Assembly: GCA_021162065.1 (NCBI GenBank)
Contig: JAGGZK010000049.1
Span: 11,952 to 75,951 of the forward strand
Reading direction: 5' to 3'
Length of the DNA: 64,000 bases
DNA from: Thermoplasmata archaeon
GTDB taxonomy: Archaea > Thermoplasmatota > E2 > UBA202 > JdFR-43
Both the position numbers and the translations under genes were made by a program. Shown piece by piece: positions 59,083 to 64,000 of this stretch. The notes under the pieces are model-generated. The model saw only the letters and a program-made list of their open reading frames with translations, was not told the origin of the DNA and made no database searches. Position 1 is the first letter of the stretch, and the number at the start of each line of letters is the position of its first letter.

Positions 59083-60285
59083 TCACCCAAATATCACCTT
59101 CTCTGCCTTTTCTGCCACTTTTTCTCTGTACTCTTCGGGGCAGGAAACCATGATGGCCCACTCCGTTATGCCCCTCATCTGAAGGGCGGTGGCCAGTGGC
59201 GTGTAATGGCTGAGAGGATTTATCTCGCTTCCCTCCATCACCTTTATGTCAATCCTCCTTATCCTGGGCTCGGAAAGAAAGATGTCCTTCCCGGGGATAT
59301 CCACTATTATATATTCCTCCGGCACTCCCGTAGCTGCCGAAATCTCCTCCTCCAGCTGTTTCTCATCAGGCAGGGATGCCATCGCCTCCTTTTCCTCTTC
59401 GCTCATCTCCTCCAATCCCATGGCAAAGGCTCTTTTGAACAATCTTCTGTATTTAAGGCGGGAAACCATGTCCCTCTGGTAGCCGCCCATTTCTCTGAGA
59501 TGTGAGAGCAGTTCGCAATCCGTCATGAAGGCAAAATCAAACCTTTCCGCCCTTTCCACCGCCTTTATGAGCATGAGTTCCGCTATCCTCACCGTTTTGT
59601 GGAGATATACGGAGGAATACATCAATGCTCTTGCCACCAGCATGCTTTCAAGTGCACTCACTCCCTTTCTCTCAAAGACGATTTCATCATCGTAAACTTT
59701 CATGGTCTGGATTATTCTGTCCATATCTATAACGCCGTAGGCGACTCCCGTGTAATATGCATCTCTCATGAGATAGTCCATCTGATCCGCATCGAGAGGA
59801 CCATGTATTATCTGCGAAGCAACCTCCTTTTTCCCTTCAAGTATTTCCAAAATTTCCCTCGCATCCATTCCATGTTCAGAAAGAATTTCCTTTATGGTTT
59901 TTCCCCCTTTATAGTCCTCAAGCCTCCTCTCCCCACTTATTATTTCCTTCGTTATCTCCACATGATTTTTTCCCTCCCTGGAATGCATCAGATATTCCAG
60001 AGTGTGGGAAAAGGGTCCGTGGCCTATATCATGAAGAAGAGCAGCAACAGCAACAACATCTTCCTCCATATCCAGAGCATGGGCCATCTCCCGGGCAACG
60101 TGAGACACGCCAAGAGAGTGCTCCATTCTTGTATGATTCGCTCCCGGATAAACAAGATAAGCAAACCCCAGTTGCTTTATCCCATGCAATCTCTGCATCT
60201 CCGGAGATTCGATGAGGTCAACGAATACCCCCTCGAACCTCAGATTTCCGTATATAGAATCCCTGATGTATTTCACATTCTCCAT
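59083..60285 (-). CDS. HD-domain phosphohydrolase (dGTPase/dNTP triphosphohydrolase-like superfamily)
   Basis: 'RMEHSLGVSHVAR....AALLHDIGHGPFSH' is the canonical HD motif. 400 aa. Confidence 0.7.
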   Translation of the reverse strand: MENVKYIRDSIYGNLRFEGVFVDLIESPEMQRLHGIKQLGFAYLVYPGANHTRMEHSLGVSHVAREMAHALDMEEDVVAVAALLHDIGHGPFSHTLEYLMHSREGKNHVEITKEIISGERRLEDYKGGKTIKEILSEHGMDAREILEILEGKKEVASQIIHGPLDADQMDYLMRDAYYTGVAYGVIDMDRIIQTMKVYDDEIVFERKGVSALESMLVARALMYSSVYLHKTVRIAELMLIKAVERAERFDFAFMTDCELLSHLREMGGYQRDMVSRLKYRRLFKRAFAMGLEEMSEEEKEAMASLPDEKQLEEEISAATGVPEEYIIVDIPGKDIFLSEPRIRRIDIKVMEGSEINPLSHYTPLATALQMRGITEWAIMVSCPEEYREKVAEKAEKVIFG

Positions 60286-63200
60286 ATTCCTATCCTTCGC
60301 CTTTTCATAAATATCAGTATGGCAGAGGCAGCCAGAAGTATCATGAGCTCAAATCCGGGCGTCTTCTCCTTCTCTCTCACATTCACCACAAAGGTGAAGG
60401 TGTCCTGCGCCCCATCGTCGTCCACAACCGTGAGAGTCACAGTATACGGCTTCTTTTCACCAAAAGCATGTTTCACCTCCTCTCCATATGCATCTATGAT
60501 GCCATCGCTTTCAAAATCCCAGGAATAATTTTTAATTTCACCATCTGCATCCTTGCTGGCACTGGCATTGAAGGTAACCACCTCATCCTGTCTGGGCTTC
60601 TCAGGCTTGAATGTGAAAAGGGCGGTTGGAGGCTTATTTTTAATCGTAAGCCATACCGACATCACTCCAATATCGTTGTCATCGTCTTTAACGATGAGTT
60701 TCACGGTGTAGTTTCCGTCATCGCCGTATCTATGGGTGGCATTCTCGGTATAGGAGATGTTGCCGTCTCCGAAATCCCATGTATGATTCACGATCTCGCC
60801 ATCCTCATCATAACTGTGGGAAATGAAACTCACATCCTGAATATCCGTAGGCTCCTCAGGTGTCCAGGTGAAATTGGCAACAGGAGGAACATTTCTTATA
60901 AGAATTGCACGGGATGTGCTGGATGTGGAGCCGTCGTTATCCACAACGGTAAGAACAACGGTGTAGATTCCATTCTCAGCATATATGTGCTCGGGATTCT
61001 TTTCATAACTGTAATTTCCATCTCCAAACTGCCAAGATATGTTGACTATCTCGCCATCCGCATCATAGGAGTGGTCCATGAATTTTACAGGCTCAACATC
61101 ATTTGGTTCATCCGGGGTATAATCGAAGAAGGCAGAGGGCGGAACATTCTTTATCTCCATTATCTTTGATATGAAATCTGTGCCCCCATCGTCGTCCTCT
61201 ATGGACAGCCTTACAATATATGTGCCATTATCCGGATATACATGCTTCACCTCCATTCCATAGGCAATGCTCCCGTCTCCAAAGTCCCAGGTGTAGTTAA
61301 CAATCATGCCATCTATATCGTAGGAGGAAGAAGCATTGAACACAATTTCATCAATATCAGTTGGCTCCTCAGGGGTCCAGGTGAAATTGGCAACAGGATT
61401 ATTGTTTTCTATCATTATTCCGTGGGAAATGCTTGCTGTGTCGCCATCATCATCCATAACAGTGAGTGTAATCTCGTAAACTCCATTGTCATCGTAACTG
61501 TGCTTCACCTCCATTCCATAGGCAATGCTCCCGTCTCCAAAGTCCCAGGTGTAATTAACAATAATGCCATCTATATCGTAGGAGGAAGAAGCATTGAAGG
61601 TGACATCCTCCTTTGCCATAATTTCACCCGTTGGCACAGTAAAGGAGGGAGATGGCGGAACATTCAGCACAGTAATCTCTAAAGATAGTTCATCCGTTCC
61701 TCCATCATCATCCATCACAGAAAGTGTAACCATATAGTTTCCATTGTTAGCATAGGTATGCTTCACCTCCATTCCATAGGCAATGCTCCCGTCTCCAAAG
61801 TCCCAGGTGTAGTTAACAATCATGCCATCTATATCGTAGGAGGAAGAAGCATTGAATGTAACTTCTTCAATATCTGTAGGCTTCTCTGGAACCCAAGTGA
61901 AATTGGCAACAGGATAGGTGTTAAGAACCGTTATCTCCTTCTCAATGCTTCCGTTGTTGCCATCGTTATCAAATATGGTGAGGTTTACAATATACACTCC
62001 ATTGTCGGCATAAAAGTGGGTAGGATTCTGCTCATTGCTTGTATTTCCATCTCCAAAGTCCCACTGCCATGCCACAATGGTGCCGTCAAGATCGACGGAG
62101 TTATCATAAAACGAAACGCTCTGGTACGTGTATGGAGTTGTGGGAGCGAAGGAGAAATACGCCACCGGCAATCCCGCCCTTCTTATGAGCGGACGGTAAT
62201 CCATTCCGTAGCCATTTATCCTGTATGGAACATCCCCTATGCCATCCTCATTGAGATCCGTGCCGGAATAATCATCCCAGTAGTTTCCAACACTGTCGTT
62301 CCATACATTTACGGTGTTGTCATACACATGCTCTCCATTCCCCACAAAGTTGTTGAAATGGAAAACATTGTTTGGAGAATACTGCAGGTAAACGCCCCAT
62401 GCGTTGTTCTCAAAATCGCTGTGATGAAATACATTATCGTGGCACTGGAATAGCCAAACACCGTTGACAAAGTTGTTGACTATCCTGCTTCCCTCCACAG
62501 TGTTATTGAAGGCATATCTCATTATCATTCCATTATTGTTTCCATATATCTCACAATCCTTTATTTCCGAAGAAGAGGTGTACTGCATCAGTATGCCCGC
62601 ATAGGAATTGTCGAAAATGCCGCATCCCTCCACCTGGATGTCCATGCCATTGGTTGTGATACCATAATAATTGTTGTAAACACTGCATCCCTCCACCCTC
62701 ACATTGCTTCCTGTAATCTTTATGCCCGCATCATCCCAGGCATTTCTCACATTTAGATTTATCATCTCCACATCATCAGAGTTTATATACACAACCATTT
62801 CCCCATTCCCGTCCAGAATGCTTCCTTCCTCTCCAGTGATAAACATTCTCTTGGATACTATTATATTTTCAACATATGTTCCGTCAAAGATGTGGCATCC
62901 TCCAGCCTCCACCACATTATCTATGGCATTTCCCACGGAAGTGAAATGGTCAAGTCCCCATCCGGGGAATGATGGATCGTATTTCCCATTCACCCATACA
63001 AAAAGGGGCGGATTCTGGACAGGATTCATCAGAGGATATTCATCTATGGCGCCGCCATTTATGAGATATGGCTCGTCACCCATTCCATCCCTGTTGGCGT
63101 CTGTACCATCATAATCCCACCAGTAATTTCCGATGGCATCCTCCCTTAATCCATTCCAGCTGTTGTCGCACTCGTCATAGGAAGGATTGTTCATGAAATT

Positions 63201-64000
63201 GTTGTGGTAGATGCCGTTTCCATTGGAGTTCTGCACAATGCATAATCCATAATTTCCGTTGTTTTCAAAGGTATTGTCGTATATCATATTATCCATGGAG
63301 CCATGGCTTATCTCCATTCCAAAGTAGGAGTTGTTGTGCAATTTGTTGCTCCAGATGCTGGAATGGGAAACATTGAAAAGAAATATGCCCTTCATGCAAT
63401 CGTAGAATTCACTTCCTCCTATGCTGCAGTTCATGGAGTTTATGAGATATGCTCCAAATATGGCATCCGTGGCAGAACAGTTGTAGATGCTTACATTCAT
63501 CGCACCCAACACCTTTATTCCATTCATGTCAGCATATATGGTAAAGCCCTCCACCCTCACATAGCTGGCAAGGATGAATATTCCCTCGCCTGGGGAATCG
63601 ATGACGGCATCCTCTCCAACCAACGTCAACCTCTTTTCGACCACAATCTCCTGGGCATAGTAACCTGGGTAGACATAGCATTCTCCTCCCTCCTGCACCG
63701 CATCTATGGCCATCTGTATCTCATCAAAATGGTCTATACCCCATCCGGGAGTGGTGGAGTCATAGTCATCATCGACCCACACAAACATTGGGGAGGAGGA
63801 TATTTCATACACCAGCGGGCGGTAATCCATGTTGCTCCCCACTGCATAGGACACATCTCCTATGCCGTCCTGGTTGGCGTCTGGAGCAGAGTAATCATCC
63901 CAGTAGTTTCCAACGCTGCTATTCCATATGTTGGCTCCAGTATCGTAGGCATTTATTCCATTTCCTATAAAATTGTTATGATGAATGAGGTTGGCATAGG
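60273..64000 (-). CDS. Very large surface protein (more than 1,200 aa; N-terminus outside window): NosD-like beta-helix repeats + six PKD domains + PGF-CTERM sorting signal
   Basis: The frame stays open to the window edge upstream of the annotated Met. Beta-helix rungs ('NNFMNN...GNYWWDYDGTDANRDGMGDEPY', 'NNFVGN...GNYWDDYSGTDLNEDGIGDVPY'). Six PKD repeats ('VANFTW.PE.PTDI.EV.FNASSSYDIDG.IVNYTWDFGDGS...HTY..NG.Y.V.L...DDDG'). C-terminus '...KTPGFELMILLAASAILIFMKRRRIGIWRM'. Confidence 0.75.
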   Translation of the reverse strand, partial: YANLIHHNNFIGNGINAYDTGANIWNSSVGNYWDDYSAPDANQDGIGDVSYAVGSNMDYRPLVYEISSSPMFVWVDDDYDSTTPGWGIDHFDEIQMAIDAVQEGGECYVYPGYYAQEIVVEKRLTLVGEDAVIDSPGEGIFILASYVRVEGFTIYADMNGIKVLGAMNVSIYNCSATDAIFGAYLINSMNCSIGGSEFYDCMKGIFLFNVSHSSIWSNKLHNNSYFGMEISHGSMDNMIYDNTFENNGNYGLCIVQNSNGNGIYHNNFMNNPSYDECDNSWNGLREDAIGNYWWDYDGTDANRDGMGDEPYLINGGAIDEYPLMNPVQNPPLFVWVNGKYDPSFPGWGLDHFTSVGNAIDNVVEAGGCHIFDGTYVENIIVSKRMFITGEEGSILDGNGEMVVYINSDDVEMINLNVRNAWDDAGIKITGSNVRVEGCSVYNNYYGITTNGMDIQVEGCGIFDNSYAGILMQYTSSSEIKDCEIYGNNNGMIMRYAFNNTVEGSRIVNNFVNGVWLFQCHDNVFHHSDFENNAWGVYLQYSPNNVFHFNNFVGNGEHVYDNTVNVWNDSVGNYWDDYSGTDLNEDGIGDVPYRINGYGMDYRPLIRRAGLPVAYFSFAPTTPYTYQSVSFYDNSVDLDGTIVAWQWDFGDGNTSNEQNPTHFYADNGVYIVNLTIFDNDGNNGSIEKEITVLNTYPVANFTWVPEKPTDIEEVTFNASSSYDIDGMIVNYTWDFGDGSIAYGMEVKHTYANNGNYMVTLSVMDDDGGTDELSLEITVLNVPPSPSFTVPTGEIMAKEDVTFNASSSYDIDGIIVNYTWDFGDGSIAYGMEVKHSYDDNGVYEITLTVMDDDGDTASISHGIMIENNNPVANFTWTPEEPTDIDEIVFNASSSYDIDGMIVNYTWDFGDGSIAYGMEVKHVYPDNGTYIVRLSIEDDDGGTDFISKIMEIKNVPPSAFFDYTPDEPNDVEPVKFMDHSYDADGEIVNISWQFGDGNYSYEKNPEHIYAENGIYTVVLTVVDNDGSTSSTSRAILIRNVPPVANFTWTPEEPTDIQDVSFISHSYDEDGEIVNHTWDFGDGNISYTENATHRYGDDGNYTVKLIVKDDDNDIGVMSVWLTIKNKPPTALFTFKPEKPRQDEVVTFNASASKDADGEIKNYSWDFESDGIIDAYGEEVKHAFGEKKPYTVTLTVVDDDGAQDTFTFVVNVREKEKTPGFELMILLAASAILIFMKRRRIGIWRM
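61243..62020. repeat. Three near-identical ~260-bp tandem DNA repeats inside the PKD-domain gene
   Basis: The string 'CTTCACCTCCATTCCATAGGCAATGCTCCCGTCTCCAAAGTCCCAGGTGTA(G/A)TTAACAAT(C/A)ATGCCATCTATATCGTAGGAGGAAGAAGCATTGAA' recurs at ~61243, ~61503 and ~61763 (period 260). Confidence 0.75.

Noticed and set aside
60468-62453. Plus-strand ORFs of 146-233 aa opposite the large PKD-domain gene, including two that start with identical peptides
   Set aside because: Their identity to each other only reflects the 260-bp tandem DNA repeats of the real minus-strand gene. They are antisense artefacts.

Overview
Archaeal chromosomal window (L21e, Rpo4, DUF655, Alba, Pus10, Rpp21, PGF-CTERM surface proteins; AGA/AGG arginine codons; roughly mid-40s %GC). 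About 65 genes are densely packed on both strands. Main content: an information-processing operon (pus10-rpl21e-rpo4-DUF655-ksgA), GGPP synthase, a bacterial-type NADP-GDH, Alba, lumazine synthase, a bacterial-type queA-tgt pair, IleRS, PdxST, UDG and an RNase P Rpp21 gene with a GTG start. There is a tight 8-gene operon that mixes two LeuCD-type dehydratase pairs, an IDH/IPMDH-type dehydrogenase, a citrate-lyase alpha subunit (CitF) with no CitD/CitE, and a minimal citrate-synthase-family protein. A redox cluster carries NADH oxidase, SudBA/NfnAB and a four-subunit NiFe sulfhydrogenase (hydBGDA). A secreted-protein cluster holds two C25 (gingipain-like) peptidases around a PGF-CTERM beta-helix protein, and there are large PKD/beta-helix surface proteins. 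Two tRNAs are present: Leu-CAA and Met/Ile2-CAU. An AT-rich ~1.8 kb island directly after tRNA-CAU encodes a single HEAT-repeat/Mrr-like PD-(D/E)xK nuclease fusion. The two most unusual candidates are the ACP-less CitF + citrate-synthase-like module embedded in the leuCD-like operon, and the tRNA-adjacent low-GC nuclease island.
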